64,000 bases of DNA from Rhizophagus irregularis (GCF_026210795.1 NC_089432.1:682001-746000), one strand, 5' to 3'; shown: positions 27,501-41,140, numbered from the stretch's first letter. The notes: generated by a model from the sequence alone, not told the origin. Numbers and translations: made by a program.

Positions 27501-28922
27501 TGATTGGATTTTTTTGGACTGGAGGTTATTTATTAAATACTGAAAGAATTCGGCTAAAATATGATGGATGGAAAAGATATTTTAATTTTTATAATTTTTT
27601 TGATTCGGTTTCAATACTTCTGCCAATGATATGTTATTTTACTGGATTTGTAAGATATAAAGCTGATTATATGACACCATTTACAATTTTGGTAATTTCA
27701 TTTGAGCATTTATTGGTAAGCTTATTTAAAATGTCTACATGCATTATAACATTTCATATGATATTATAAATTAATTATTATTAATTATACCAATTTTTTT
27801 TTAAAAAAATAGTTATTACGATATTTTGAAAAAACTGGGGCTTACATTTATATCATTGACAACATTTTGAAACAAATAATACCATTCTTACTTTTTATTC
27901 TTTTGTTTGTTTTCGGGATTGGTTTTTCAATGTTAGTTAAATTTAATTTGTGCAACCAATATTGTTCTCGTAATTATTAACTCATGAACCTTTGTATTTT
28001 ACTTGATAGGTTTGCTTTACTTAAGGATAATCATATTAAACCCGAAGGTACTACATATCAATTCGATGTAAATGGAAAAGACACTATTGAAATGAAACAA
28101 AGGATAGATGTAGATAATTATTATGCAAATTTACTTAAATCTATCGAAGCAGTTTTCTTTTGGACAAATGGTCGTTGGGATCAATTAGATCAATGGAATA
28201 TCTGGGAAGTAGATGTTATTTCTATCATTGGTAGTATTCTTCTTGTTACAATTTTACAGAATATGTTAATCGCAATTATGACGTAAGTGTTAACTTATAT
28301 TTGAATGATAATCAACTATGCAAAACTATCAACTAATTATTTCACTATTAGTTCGGCATTTGATGATGCAAAAGAAATTAGTAGACATGCCGTATTAAAA
28401 TTTCGGGCAGAAATGATTGCAGATTATGAAACAATTGAAAAATTATCTGGAAATGAAGATGGAAATCCTCGATATATATATTTTACTGCAAATTCTAATT
28501 ATATTGAAAGATGGTTAAAAAAATCTAAAAAAGCTAGAGACAATCATAAAAATTTATTAGCTAAAGTTGATGATGATGGTGATGATTCTAATGATGATGA
28601 TAATTGTGATGATGATAATTGTGATGATGATAATTGTGATGATGATAATAGTGGTGGTAATATTGTTGATAGTGATGGAGATCTGACCAATTCTCTTCAA
28701 ATTCCTTCTTCTAATACTTTTAATACTTTACAAAGTGAAGAACAAGTAATTCCATTATCATCATATTGGTTCGTTGATGAGGATGAAAATAAATCCCAAA
28801 CTTTATTAATAACTTCTTTAAAAATTCAATCTAATGATAATAATCAAATATTACAGGATAAAATTGATCAATTAATTTATTTATTACAAAATCAAAATAA
28901 TTGTTGTTCAAATAATGTTTAG
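24517..28922 (+). CDS. TRP-like cation channel (long N-terminal cytosolic region, ion-transport helices); multi-exon
   Basis: Motifs VYVVPLPDF, SPF...IYDNPSIAAIIDFKW, hydrophobic helices, pore-like FFWTNGRWDQ, and S6/TRP-box-like LQNMLIAIM...LKFRAEMIADYE. Introns near 26973-27042, 27716-27812, 27932-28009 and 28283-28350. Start codon uncertain. Confidence 0.8.
28570..28650 (+). repeat. Coding acidic repeat (GATGATGATAATTGT)n encoding DDDNC
   Basis: Three to four tandem 15-bp units in the last exon of the channel gene. Confidence 0.85.
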
Positions 28923-30563
28923 TTTTATTAATTGATAGTTAGTAACATATTACTATTTAGTACTTTTCCTTTTCTAAAACAAATTATTACGTTAAATATG
29001 TAATAAAGATTTATTATTTCTTGAATACTTTTTTCCAAATAATAATAAAATTTGAATTTGCATTATTGTATAATAACTGGTAACTTCTTTACTAATTTAC
29101 AAAATATGCAATTTTTTTCAACAGTAACACAATTTACACATATTAATATTGTACAATACTTGTTATTGCAGTATTCAAAATGATGTCTATTAAATATAGT
29201 AAGGTAGTGATAGAATAACACGCAAATAAATTGGTTCACAAAACACAAAAAAATGTATATATATAAATGTATGTAACGTAACATTTAAATTTTCGACATT
29301 TAATTCTTAATAACGGTAAATTAATTATTTCATAATATCATATTATTTATAATAATAATGTGAAAAACTTATACGGACATTTTTGTATTTGTAGTTTCGT
29401 TTAACCGTTAAGCGCTCCACATGGCCCATTTGTTTCATCGCTTCATATATTTTCTCATCTTTCAGAAAATCGTAAATCTCAAGTTACGTGATGTAAAGGA
29501 AAAATGTTTATCCAAATAGTTGCTGTTTCCGTTTTGCGGTTTTTGTGTAGCTGATTTATTTTATTTTCCATGTTTAAATTCTTTTGTTCTCCATATCAAC
29601 TCAATAAAAAGGCCAATTTTCATAAATGAAAAAATTCACAAGCAAAAAAAAAATTTTTTTTTTTTCCACATTACAATATATATAATATATATTTTTTTTC
29701 ACATTTTTTTTTGTTTTATTTTTTTCCGGTTGTTACGCTTCCGCCCAGACTTACTTCTTTTGATTCCGTTACTCGTTTCTTTTTTCTTTTCTGATTCTAA
29801 CTCCTTTTAATTCTATTTTCTAAATTAAGATATAATGGCTTCAAGTTTCTCTTTATGGCTCAATATTATTCTTCTGTTACATTTTTTAAATCAAATTCTC
29901 CAAATCACATGGTACCGAAGAATTACTGCGGCTTTCGTTGGAAAAATTTTTTTCAAGAAACAGTTTAAAATGGTTCAAAAGAGCTTTGCCGTTCCATTTT
30001 ATTATAAAAGTGCCAACCAAATATGCCTCTAAAGGTCGTTTTAATACCAATCGTGAGTATTCCTGGCTATAACTTTTCCTGCTTCCATAAAAGCGTTCGG
30101 GCCTAGCAGCTAGTTCTTTCCATTCAAAGTTGACATAATCATTCACAGTTTTTATCTTGTATATTTGTTCTAAAAACTTTTTCCTTCCAGTCCTGTAAAC
30201 TCGCTATAAAAGTCTTCCATAAATTTGCATATCAACTCTTTCTGCGTCTGTGTAATTAATATGTTTTTTGACATATTTGTATATAGTTTATACGGTTTTA
30301 TTAAATAAAAAATTGTTATTATTTCTTAATTTGGTCGGAAGATCAGCCAATCCTTCCAATTCCAATTCTTTTCAATATTCCAATAATTTTTTATTCATAT
30401 TATCTTACATATAATATATATGTAAATCTATGGTATTGAAAGCTTCCAATAGAAATTTTATTGGGTTGGAGGGTTGGAATTTGAAGAATTGGAAGTTTCC
30501 AATGTTCCAATGCACATCGCTGCACATGGGCAGTTTATAAACTAAGATGTAATGCACGCCCAC

Positions 30564-30705
30564 TAGAGGTTTGCAAACGGGACCCGGAACCCAGAAACCC
30601 TAACCCGGCCCGGACCCGGATCCGTGTTTAGGCCGGCAAATTTTCTTCAAAATTCACCCGGGCCGGGTCCGGGCCGGGTTGTAAAATAGTGGATGCAGAC
30701 CTCTA
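30564..30705. mobile_element. hAT-like MITE (142 bp)
   Basis: TIRs TAGAGGT(T/C)TGCA. Exact 8-bp TSD ACGCCCAC at 30556-30563 and 30706-30713. Internal inverted ACCCGGCCCGGACCCGG repeats. Confidence 0.9.
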
Positions 30706-30994
30706 ACGCCCACCTAGCTTAGAAACTATGTCGATTATTTGGCTGGGGTGCACCAATCAAATCTGAAATCCTTTGATGTGTGAAAACAAATAAGGTTAGT
30801 CTTGCAGATCAACTTTATTACAAATATGCATCTGCCCTTCGATGAAGTAGTGAAGTACTTTCAAATAAAACCGAATTTTCAATGGTACAATAGCGAATTC
30901 ACCGACAGAAATTTCCTTTTTTTTTTAGGGATTCGTTATAAGAATTTGAAAAACTATAAATATGTCAAGTTTCTTATACTGTAATATTATAAAA

Positions 30995-33432
30995 ATGGAA
31001 CTTTTAAAATTAAATGATGAAAATTCTTTTGATCCAACACCGAAATTAAAATCTAGTCCCGTACCGATTTTTTTTGTTTCATTTAATTGTGATGATAAAA
31101 ATTGTTTTCATTGTGGAGAAGAGTATACGGAAATGACTATTTACAGATATTGCAAAAAATGTTTATCGTATTATTTAACCAATATAACCGATACTAATAA
31201 TATATACTTGGACGTACATTTATTCACAAAGGAACTGGAGTGTAATAAACATGAAATAAGTATAACAAAAGTACCACAAAATATCCAAGAATGCTGTAGA
31301 AATTGTTTGACAATATTATGCTTTAAACAAATATCTGATTATCGATTTAACCGGGATGCGGATAGTGAATCACACATTTCATATAAAAATTTAATTGAAA
31401 GTGAAAAATATTGTAATCTATGTGGAAAATTATTATATTATGGAACAGATAAAAAGAAGATAATATTGTGTTCAAGTTGTTATCTAATATCTTCCGGATG
31501 TATCGAATCAACCTTTACTAAAAAGTTTATTTCAATTATTTATTTGCCATGGTGGGATAATGTGTCTCAGTGTTATTTTTGTGATGAGGAATTAGTATTT
31601 ACATCAAAATGTCAAAAGTATTGTATGTATTGTATTATATTTTTTATTGGGTGTAGATACTGTTTAACAACAAACATAATTTTTGGATATACAAATCAAT
31701 CGCAATGTAAAAAGTGCAAAAGAATATCAACTATTACTATTGATATTAGAAAGATTATTAGTATTAACAGTGGGAATAGTGTTTTAGATGAATTTCTTGT
31801 TAGTACAAGATCATATCAATCAACAATAGCTAAATTTGTTGATAATGTAAAAAATATTGGTAGATGGTTCTCGCCAGATATAACTGCTTTTTTATATCAT
31901 GATATTGAAACATATAAAATTATGAATTATATACCATATTCTCAATTTACAAATGTAAAAGAATTAGCGGAAGGAGGATTTAGTATTGTGTATCAAGCAA
32001 CTTGGTTAGATGGTCCAAAAAATAGTGATAAAATTGCTATTTTAAAAAGATTTAAAAATTCTCGGGACGTTAGCAGATATTTTTTAGATGAGGTAAATAC
32101 TTTAGATTAAAAAATTCGTATTTGTTGTATGAAAATTTAAATTTAATCTTGAAATTTATAGTTAAAGTCGAATTATCATTGTTATTATCGTTATTTGATT
32201 AAAACTTATGGTTTTACAAAAGATCCTCAATCAGATATTTATATATTAGTTATGCAATATGCTCCAGAAGGAGATTTGCATAAGTATTTGCAAAAGAACT
32301 TTAGAGAAATTAAATGGATAAATAAATTATATTTCCTAGAATATATTATAATTGGGTATTTATATTTTAAATATATTAGTAAATGATTAATTTATAATAC
32401 AAATTTACTAATTACTATTATTTTAGACTTACTGATATTCATAGTAAAAATTTCATACATCGAGATTTCCACAGTGGGAATGTGTTGGTAAATTCGTCTG
32501 ACGATTGTTTTGTCGGGGATCTAGGATTATCACGACCTGCAAATGATAACTCATCGGATAATGAAATATATGGAGTGATACCTTATATTGCACCAGAAAT
32601 ATTTAAGGGGTCTGCATTTTCCAAAGAAACTGATATTTATAGCCTGGGTATGATTATGTGGGAACTGACAACAGGCTGTAAGCCTTTTGCTAATTTTGAA
32701 CATGATCATAGTCTTATTTATAAAATTATTGATGGTGTACGACCTGAAATTACAAAAGATACACCAGAATCCTATGCTGATTTAATGAAAAGTTGTTGGG
32801 ATCCTGATCCCAAAAAAAGACCTTCTATAAAAGAAATTTATAATATTAGTGATAAATGGCTTCAATCCAAAAGTAAATCCGATCAATCATTCGAAAATCA
32901 ATTTGATCAAGCTGAATTAATAAGGAAAAAGTTAATAGATTCAAAGAAGCTTGGACCCGAGTTCAGTGAAAAGTCTCATCCAAAAGCTATTTATACAAGT
33001 AGATCATTAAACTCTTACATTTCCAAATGTTCATCTATATTTTCTAAATGTTCATCAATAAATTTTACATCAAATGGTATGTATTTTGCTATTTAATAAA
33101 AATTATCTTTAGATAGATAAATTAATTTTACTTTATTTTTTTATAGATTACATTTCAGAAGAATTAAAATTAGACATAGATATTGAAAGGTATTATAAAA
33201 TTTAAAATATTTGTCATTTATAATTTAATCCAGCAACGAAAGTCTATAACAAATACAATTCTATATTAGTAGTGGGCTCAATTCACTTGGAATTAAGAGG
33301 AACATTGAAGAATTAAATATTAATTCTTGTGAAAATAATGGTAAATATTTTAAAATATTATTAAAATTTGTTTGCTTATATTGTTTATTTATTTTTCTAC
33401 TTTTAAAAATAGGAAAACGCATTAAAAATTAG
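30995..33432 (+). CDS. TKL-family protein kinase with Cys-rich N-terminal region; multi-exon
   Basis: Many CxxC pairs, then EGGFSIVY, ILKRF, YGFTKDP, VMQYAPEGDL, HRDFHSGNVL, GDLGLS, YGVIPYIAPE, DIYSLGMIMWELTTG and CWDPDPKKRP. Small 3' exons end at ~33432. Confidence 0.88.
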
Positions 33433-34289
33433 TTTTATGAACTCCTCTCAAATCTCAAAAAAAAATAATAATGAAGAACTATTTATAAGGCGCAGGTAAA
33501 ATAATAACTTGAAACGATTGATAAACCGAAGTTTTTCAAAAGTGTTGTCACTTCAGCAACTTTATTCATGAAAAAAAATGTATGATTTTGTAGTCAACAT
33601 ATTTTTTTATTTATATTGTCTATTATAAAAATTTTTATTTATATTAATTATTTATATTATATATATATTGCGTCAACGAATTTTTTATTTATATTATCTA
33701 TTATAAAAATTTTTTATTTATGTTAATTTCTAAAAAATGGTCGCACATTTTACAAATTTTTCCAATAGTTTTGAATGTACATTTTGATTAAATTTAACAT
33801 ATGTCGTAAAATACAAAAAGATTTCTGCTAATGACGTACGCCTAAGAAAATTCTACTTTACACTTTGGCAATTTCTCAGATAGAGCCATCGTATAAAAAT
33901 TTTCATATCCTTTTATATTCTTTTTTTTTTAAAATAGTTTGGCAAGGAATTTTCATAAATATTGATATACTAAGTTCAATAAATATAAATTTTAATTAAT
34001 CTCATTTAGTAACACGCATATGAGAAGTCGTTACACTAGTTATAATTGCAAAATATTTTGCGTATAATTAAACTAAAAATATGTTAGCCAAATTTACTGC
34101 GTCCACTGCGGTCCACGACTGATTTTTTTTGTATGGTATTATGGCCGCAGGCGCAGTAATGAGCTCATTGATGATCGATCCAGAACTACTGCGTCTGCTT
34201 CAGCCACGTTATTATTGCGGTGTGATCTGCAACACATATAAAGCAATTATTTACGAAAATTTCTTTAACCTATTTTATTATTACTCGCA

Positions 34290-34982
34290 ATGTCCGAAAT
34301 AAAAGTTACCAATGATTCCGATAATTCAAATATATCAAATACGGCCAATTCATCTTATAGAGAATTAGCTCCAAATTATGATAATATTGATAAGATTAAT
34401 ATAAAAGAAATAAAACCCACAATTAAAAATATTAATGAAAATATATATGAAGAGGATCTAAGTTTTATAATTGAAGAATTAATTAATATTTACCTTAATG
34501 ATTTAAATAAAGGAATTAAAACTAAGACAAGAAAGAAAAATTTTCTTAATTATATTAATAATAACGAGATAAATTTACAAGAAATTTATTATTGGCTTTT
34601 AAATAATCAAAATAATCCAAATTCTATTTATTTACTTGGATATTTTAATTATCATGGAATTGTAACAAATATAAATAAGGAAAAAACATTTGAATTATAT
34701 CAAAAAGCAGCAAAATTAGAAAATATTGCAGCTCAATTGGATCTTGCAGCTATATATATGGATGAAAAGGATAAAAAAGATTATGAAAAAGCTTATGAAT
34801 TATTTAAAAAGCTAACAGAGAAGGAAAATCCAAATGCAATAAATATGTTAGGATATTGTTATGATTATGGATTTGGAATTGATGTTAACAAGCAAAAGGC
34901 AGTTGAATTATATCAAAAGGCAGCAGATTTAGGAAATTCAGATGCATTAATAAACTTAGAAGTTTATGAAATTTTTAATTGA
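34290..34982 (+). CDS. Short (C-terminally truncated) Sel1-like repeat protein
   Basis: Same N-terminal linker as the other SLR genes, but only ~3 repeats. Stops just after KAADLGNSDALINL. Confidence 0.75.
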   Translation: MSEIKVTNDSDNSNISNTANSSYRELAPNYDNIDKINIKEIKPTIKNINENIYEEDLSFIIEELINIYLNDLNKGIKTKTRKKNFLNYINNNEINLQEIYYWLLNNQNNPNSIYLLGYFNYHGIVTNINKEKTFELYQKAAKLENIAAQLDLAAIYMDEKDKKDYEKAYELFKKLTEKENPNAINMLGYCYDYGFGIDVNKQKAVELYQKAADLGNSDALINLEVYEIFN

Positions 34983-35808
34983 TCATAAAGCATTTGTGGT
35001 TATATATTTTAATTTTTGTTCTGTAATTTCCGTAATTAAACTGATATATTAATGATTTATAATTATTACTACAATAGAAAAATGAATATGCATTGAAAAA
35101 ATAATAGTAGAACAATATATGAGTAACAAAGAATTTAAAAATAAGCAAATAATTTAAATTTTAAGATCACACCATGCTGTTTTTATGCTAAATTTGTACA
35201 ACAATTATTCTTTACCAGTTATTTTAACTAAATGGTAACGAACTATTAAATTTATGTAGATGAGAAATAAATCAAAGTTCTAAAAATCTTCTTTAAAATG
35301 ATAACATCTCACAGTTTTTAATTTACATTTTTCTGTACATATAAAATATTCACCAATTTTATTCTGGCAAAATCAAAATGCGTTGCAGATAGTTGACGAA
35401 GCTAGCCATATTATTGGAATCTTATTTGATTGCACAACCACTAAATGGATACCCGAAGAATGTACTCTTGATATTTAATTGGGATGAAAAACTTTTTCTT
35501 GGCCCTATAATTATTATTTAAATAATTAAATATGCTTTTACGTCTATGATTACTTCATTATTATTTAATTTATTGTATGTGTTTCACAACTATTTTAACA
35601 ACAAATAAGCTATTATAAAAAAAATTCTTAATTTATCGTATATAAATTTAAATATTTTATTCTCGAAATTTATTCTGTAAACATTTTGATCTTTAACTTA
35701 AATTATTAAAAAAAAAAAGATTACCTTACCAAGGTCATAATATATAGGATGTTATACAAAATCTCATATGATATATTAAACTTTATATAAAATTATGATT
35801 TAAATGGT

Positions 35809-36942
35809 TCAATCTTCAATAAAATTTTCTAACACTTCTTTAGCATTCATATGTCCTTGTTCAGCAGATTTTTTATACCAATAAATTGCTTGAGTTATAT
35901 CTTTTTTAATTACATTACCATTTTCATACATCAAAGCAAGATTATATTGAGCAAAATGATTTCCCAAATTTGCTGCTTTTTGAAATAATATAAAAGCTTT
36001 TTCTTCATCAATTTCAGTTCCAATACCACTTTCATGACAAACTCCCAAGTTACATAATCCATATAAATTTCCTAAATCTGCTGCCTTTTTATATAATCCA
36101 AATGCTTTTTGTTCATTTATATCAATTCCAATTCCTTTTTCATAACAAAATCCTAAATTATTTATTCCATAAGAATTTCCTAAATCTGCTGCTTTTTGAA
36201 ATAATTCAAATGCCTTTTCTTCATTAATTTCAGTTCCAACTCCATTTTCATAACAAACTCCCAAGTTACATATTCCATTTAAATTTCCTAAATCTGCTGC
36301 TTTTTGATATAATTCAAATGCCTTTTGTTTATTAATATCAATTCCAATTCCAATATCATAACAATATCCTAACCTATTTATTGCATTTGGATTATTACTT
36401 TCTGATAATTTTTTAGATAATTCAAAAGCCATTTTATAATTTTTTTCAATACCCTTTCCATTTATATACATAGCAGAAAGTTCTAATTGTGCTACAACAT
36501 TTTCTAATTCTGCTGCTTTTTGATATAATTTAATTGCTTCTTGTTTATTTATATTTGTTACAATTCCATTATAATTAAAATATCCAAGTAAATAAATAGA
36601 ATTTGAATTATTTTGATTATTTAAAAGCCAATTATATAGCTCTTGTGGAATTATATTATGATTATCAATATAATCAAAAATATATTGTTTTCTTACATTA
36701 TCTTCATTTCCTTTATTTAAACTATTAAAAATAAGTTCAATTAATTCATCTATCATAATACTTAAATCTTCTTCATATATATTCTTATTAATATTTTGAG
36801 TTGTAGGTTTTATATCCTTTATATCTATTTTATCAAAATTTTGAATAATTTGAGTATCTTTTTTATGTGATGAATTAGAAGTATTTGATACATTCAAATT
36901 ATTAGTATTATTAACAACATGCATTTCAACATTGTTAGACAT
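35809..36942 (-). CDS. Sel1-like repeat protein, single exon
   Basis: About 7 Sel1 repeats (KAFELYQKAADLGN...NLGVCYENG), ending QAIYWYKKSAEQG. Confidence 0.92.
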   Translation of the reverse strand: MSNNVEMHVVNNTNNLNVSNTSNSSHKKDTQIIQNFDKIDIKDIKPTTQNINKNIYEEDLSIMIDELIELIFNSLNKGNEDNVRKQYIFDYIDNHNIIPQELYNWLLNNQNNSNSIYLLGYFNYNGIVTNINKQEAIKLYQKAAELENVVAQLELSAMYINGKGIEKNYKMAFELSKKLSESNNPNAINRLGYCYDIGIGIDINKQKAFELYQKAADLGNLNGICNLGVCYENGVGTEINEEKAFELFQKAADLGNSYGINNLGFCYEKGIGIDINEQKAFGLYKKAADLGNLYGLCNLGVCHESGIGTEIDEEKAFILFQKAANLGNHFAQYNLALMYENGNVIKKDITQAIYWYKKSAEQGHMNAKEVLENFIED

Positions 36943-38904
36943 TGTGATTAATAATCAAATAATTTTACTAAAGGAAAGAAAAGTAAGAAGTAAAAAAAAA
37001 AAAAAAAAAAAAAAATAGGTTATACTAAAATAGTTTACTAATTTTGTAATAATCTACTTCTATATTTATCTTGTATCCGGTAGTACAGGTAGCTGAATTC
37101 CCTAATTACGATAATGGTCACATGACTTGTACAATAGCTAAATGATAGATAAGAAATTTTCCTTTTTTGGAAATTAGCGTAAATTCACGTGATATACCAT
37201 GAAGGCATTACGAACCTGGCTGAAATTAATTTACGGCATTACGGGTATTTACGGCACGTGGCGCAACCGTAAAAATAATTCTGTAAACATGGCGGCATAA
37301 TCCATAATTGGATCAGGATTATACAATATGATTCCAAAGTATATTTTATGGACAACATACTTTATAAAATATGGTTAACCAAATCATATATTTTGACGTT
37401 ACCTAGTTATTTCATTTAACGTTTAAAATTATATTATTGAAAATTGTAAAATTATGAACTATAGCAGATAGAAGCGTATATAAAGATTATCTTCAGAATA
37501 AATAGATTATTCATTATATCAGCAATTAAATTATATTTATATCTTTAATTGATGTTAGAAAATATTAATTAATATAAAACCAGAACTTACGTCAGTAATA
37601 TGAGAATTCTACTTTTTTTCACTTAATACTAATTTCTAACATTTTCTAAATAATAATAACGATAGCTGTCATAAACTATTACTACCATTTTCAAAGTTCA
37701 TAATTATTAAATATAGAAGATTAGAAAGTTTTGTTTTAAATATACAGTATTTTCAGATTATTAAATTGAACAAAGTAATCAAATTAGTTAATCTATTTTT
37801 CAGTCGTTACTTTGTCTGATATATTTGAAATAATTTAAGGCAAATATTAAAAATTAAAGTTTATTTAAAACTACTATGTTATAAATATAAAAGACATGCA
37901 GACTTATTGAATACGCCGATACGCCGATTGGTAAACCATTTTATAAAATCTTTAATTAGCTATTTCGTACAATAACCATCATAATAATTAGGCTTTACCT
38001 ATTAAAGGTATAAAATGTTTTATTTCATGTTCACTAATTGGTCGCCAGTGATTTTTTTTTGATGATATTTTTCATGCTCGCGTGTTTTATAGTTTATCTA
38101 TATCTTTCCCACTCTTTCCCATCACTGGACGTTAGTCTCCATGAGATAAAAAAGTTATTTTACGTGTCGCATAAATATCATGACTCCCCGTGAAATAACT
38201 ATTATAATATTATTTTAACTTATCATATGCATATCCTTTACTAAAACAATGTATTAAAATTTAAAAACATTAAAAACCAAATTATTAAATTTATAATATT
38301 GTTATTTCGCAAATTTTTTTGGTTTATTAAATAAAATATAACAACTTAAAATAAGGTCTTTTAGTATATAGTACGATATTAAAATATAAAATATGAATTT
38401 ATCTTTATAATTACTAATCATGGCTATTTTAAAAGCATAAATAAGAAAATTAATCCATTAAATAAAAGGTAAAATATTAAATTCTTTAACGTGAAATGAA
38501 TTTCTTAATAATTCCTAAATTAATATATTTTTCAATTAATTATTTTCATATTTTCATTATTTTACATAGTAAAGCCATTACTATAATCTCTAAAGTAAAT
38601 GGTTTTGTGGTATACGTTTTTGTCCAACTTACAAAAAAGGACTCTAATTCTTCTGAAAGTATTTTCAAATTTTAGTTTATCTTGTTAAAATATTATTATT
38701 TCATGAATAGTACTTATTGAATATTTCACAATAGTTTCCAACAATGTATCCACATGCCCAATATGCAAATGACGTAGAACATGTCCTTTTCCTTTTCAAA
38801 GACGTAACTTCATATTCGAAGAAGGTTGGTGTGATGTCTTCTCATTTAAAAATGGACCACCACACCAAATTTTAATACTTCCAAATATCGGCTATATTGC
38901 AGTA

Positions 38905-39045
38905 TCATTAGGACACTTTTGGCAGTGATTCGCTAAATGTCTTCCCTTGTTTCCAAAATTTTTACAATAACTTTATGTTGCAGAATAATGTCCTTTTGAT
39001 TGTTTGGCGCCTTGTATCATGTGCTTATCCCAAACATCAGAAGGC
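38905..39045 (-). pseudogene. BED zinc-finger relic (hAT transposase N-terminus-like)
   Basis: Minus strand reads PSDVWDKHMIQGAKQSKGHYSAT*SYC...HLANHCQKCP: a BED-finger pattern with the first Cys position replaced by a stop and a deletion/frameshift. Confidence 0.65.
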
Positions 39046-39185
39046 AACAATCAAAATTTTCTTTTAATGTTTCTAATTTATAAATTCTATTAGAAAGTTT
39101 TCTAGGAATTGTAATGAATTATAATTCCCTCAAATTTTTTCCGTTATTTTCCAAGAAATTTATTATAATCCAATTTCTGGACATT

Positions 39186-39296
39186 CCAAAATTTTCAAGA
39201 ACTGCTACCATATCGCCTGATTCTGTTAGAAATATGGCTGTCACCTTTGTTAATTCTTTTCTGAACATCTGTTATAGTGATTTGACCATCATTTAG
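39186..39296 (-). pseudogene. Possible Helitron Rep/helicase N-terminal fragment
   Basis: Minus strand reads LNDGQITITDVQKRINKGDSHISNRIRRYG, which resembles the segment preceding the 'LRG(S/T)xx(Y/F)W' motif of Helitron-like proteins. Recognised from memory only; short. Confidence 0.4.
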
Positions 39297-40030
39297 GTAT
39301 TACATCTTCTCCATCTGTCATTGAGTTCTCATTATTATTTATTTTTTTACCTTCTATATTTTGATAATAATTAATTAATTCTTTATTATAATACATGATA
39401 TAAATTTTTAAGAAAGAAGTGGTAATTGAATTTGAACTTGTCTATTTAGTTCACTGAGATTAAGATACCAATGTTGTTACTTTGAAAATTATAATCATCA
39501 TATTTATAATAATTATATTGTCAATTAGAATTTCTTTGAGATTATTACCAGTAACAGTTCTAGTAGAATTATTAAAATACATATCTTCATTAATTTTACT
39601 AAATTTTCAAGAATTTTATAATGGTATTTATTAAGGTAAAAAATTTTTTCAATGATTGTTTTACAATGATATTCCATTACTAGGAGCCATGTTGAGAGAT
39701 TTAGAAGATTGTTGATAAGATTAAAATCCAATAAGGCTCTAGTCTATTATTGTTATATTGAAATTATTATATTTATGATAATCATATTAGAATTTTTTTT
39801 GAAATTATCACCATTCACCAGTAATAGGTCTAGTAATATTTTTAAGAATATTATAACTTGATTACCTTTTTCTCTATACATGTATAAACTTTTAAGTAAT
39901 AGAAGTGAGTTATTGAATTTGAATCACTACTTTTCGACTATTTGGTTCACTTTCTCATAATCTTCAAAAATTTTTGATAAATAAATTTAAAAATTCATGG
40001 TAATTTAAGGTTTCATTAATTTCTCCAAAT

Positions 40031-40119
40031 TAGAGGTTGGAACTGGTCTGAAAGTCTTAACTGGTTAATCGTTTTAATCAGTTAATTAACCGGTTAAGCT
40101 TAGCTGGTTCCAACCTCTA
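40031..40119. mobile_element. Minimal hAT-like MITE (89 bp)
   Basis: Perfect 13-bp TIRs TAGAGGTTGGAAC. Exact 8-bp TSD CTCCAAAT at 40023-40030 and 40120-40127. Confidence 0.9.
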
Positions 40120-40747
40120 CTCCAAATAAGCATTCTTCCTTTCAAAAATCCATATCATCCTCCAACTTCATAATTATATTATCCCATTGATGCATCACCT
40201 TATCTTGTGCCTCTCAAACCTCTTTCTGAGTTTTCGGTATTTTGTTTAGAGTTCTTTTATTCTTTTTTTTAAAAAATCTGATAAATGACAGAAATACGGT
40301 ATAATGTCAACCTCTCCTCTATAATTATCTGCTTCAGATCATACGTATAGAGGTGATAAAGGTCAGTTTTAGTGTTAAGGGTGAGGTTTTTGAAAAATAT
40401 TAAAGAATGTCTAGTTTGAGTGTGATTTGTTATTCATATAATATAATATTTTTTATTTTATTTTTTTTTTTTGAAGAAATGTGAGAGAAGAAATTTAATT
40501 TATAAGCAAAATAAAAAAATTGTCAAGATAAATATAATAATAAAGGGTGGCTTAAATATTTGTTTATTACTTTGATAGTGCCATAAATAAATTCAGGAGG
40601 AATTTTTTTTTGTTGTATTTGTGGTTTTTTTGTAAGAAGAAATCTTCTATAGAATGCTCATTAATCATTATGGCTTGGAACTAAAACAATATTTCCTAAA
40701 ATAATTATTATCATATGCATTAGAAATTATATAAGTTGAGAAAATTA

Positions 40748-41140
40748 AATCAAGTGATTCAGTATTCCAGTTTGAAAATAAAGCTGGTGGTACAGCCTAA
40801 TGGGGCTGTTCTCAAAGTTAGAATCAAGTTATTCAGTCCGAAAATAAAACTGGTAGCATAGCCCAATGAGGCTGTTCTTAAAGTTATAATCAAGTTATTC
40901 AGTTGAAAATAAAGCTGGTGACATAGCCCAATGAGGCTGTTTTCAAAGTTATGATCAAGTTATTTAGTTGAAAATAAAGTTGATAGTACAGCCCAATGAG
41001 GCTGTTCTTGAAGTTATAATCAAGCTATTCAGTTTAAAAATAAAGTTGGTAGCACAGCCCATTCTCAAAGTTATAATCAAGTTATTCAGTCTGAAAATAA
41101 AGATAGTTACACAACCCAATGAGGCTGTTCTCAAAGTTAT
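40748..41140. repeat. 65-66-bp minisatellite, ~6 copies
   Basis: Unit approx. AATCAAGTTATTCAGTCTGAAAATAAAGCTGGTAGCACAGCCCAATGAGGCTGTTCTCAAAGTTAT. One copy lacks ~9-10 bp. Confidence 0.9.

Noticed and set aside
29886..30270. Minus-strand ORF fragment (MNDYVNFEWKEL...)
   Set aside because: It looks like a decayed coding relic, but I cannot assign a family or gene structure.
40748..41140. CRISPR-like array (hairpin-containing repeats)
   Set aside because: Units are contiguous with no unique spacers, there are no cas genes, and the context is eukaryotic.
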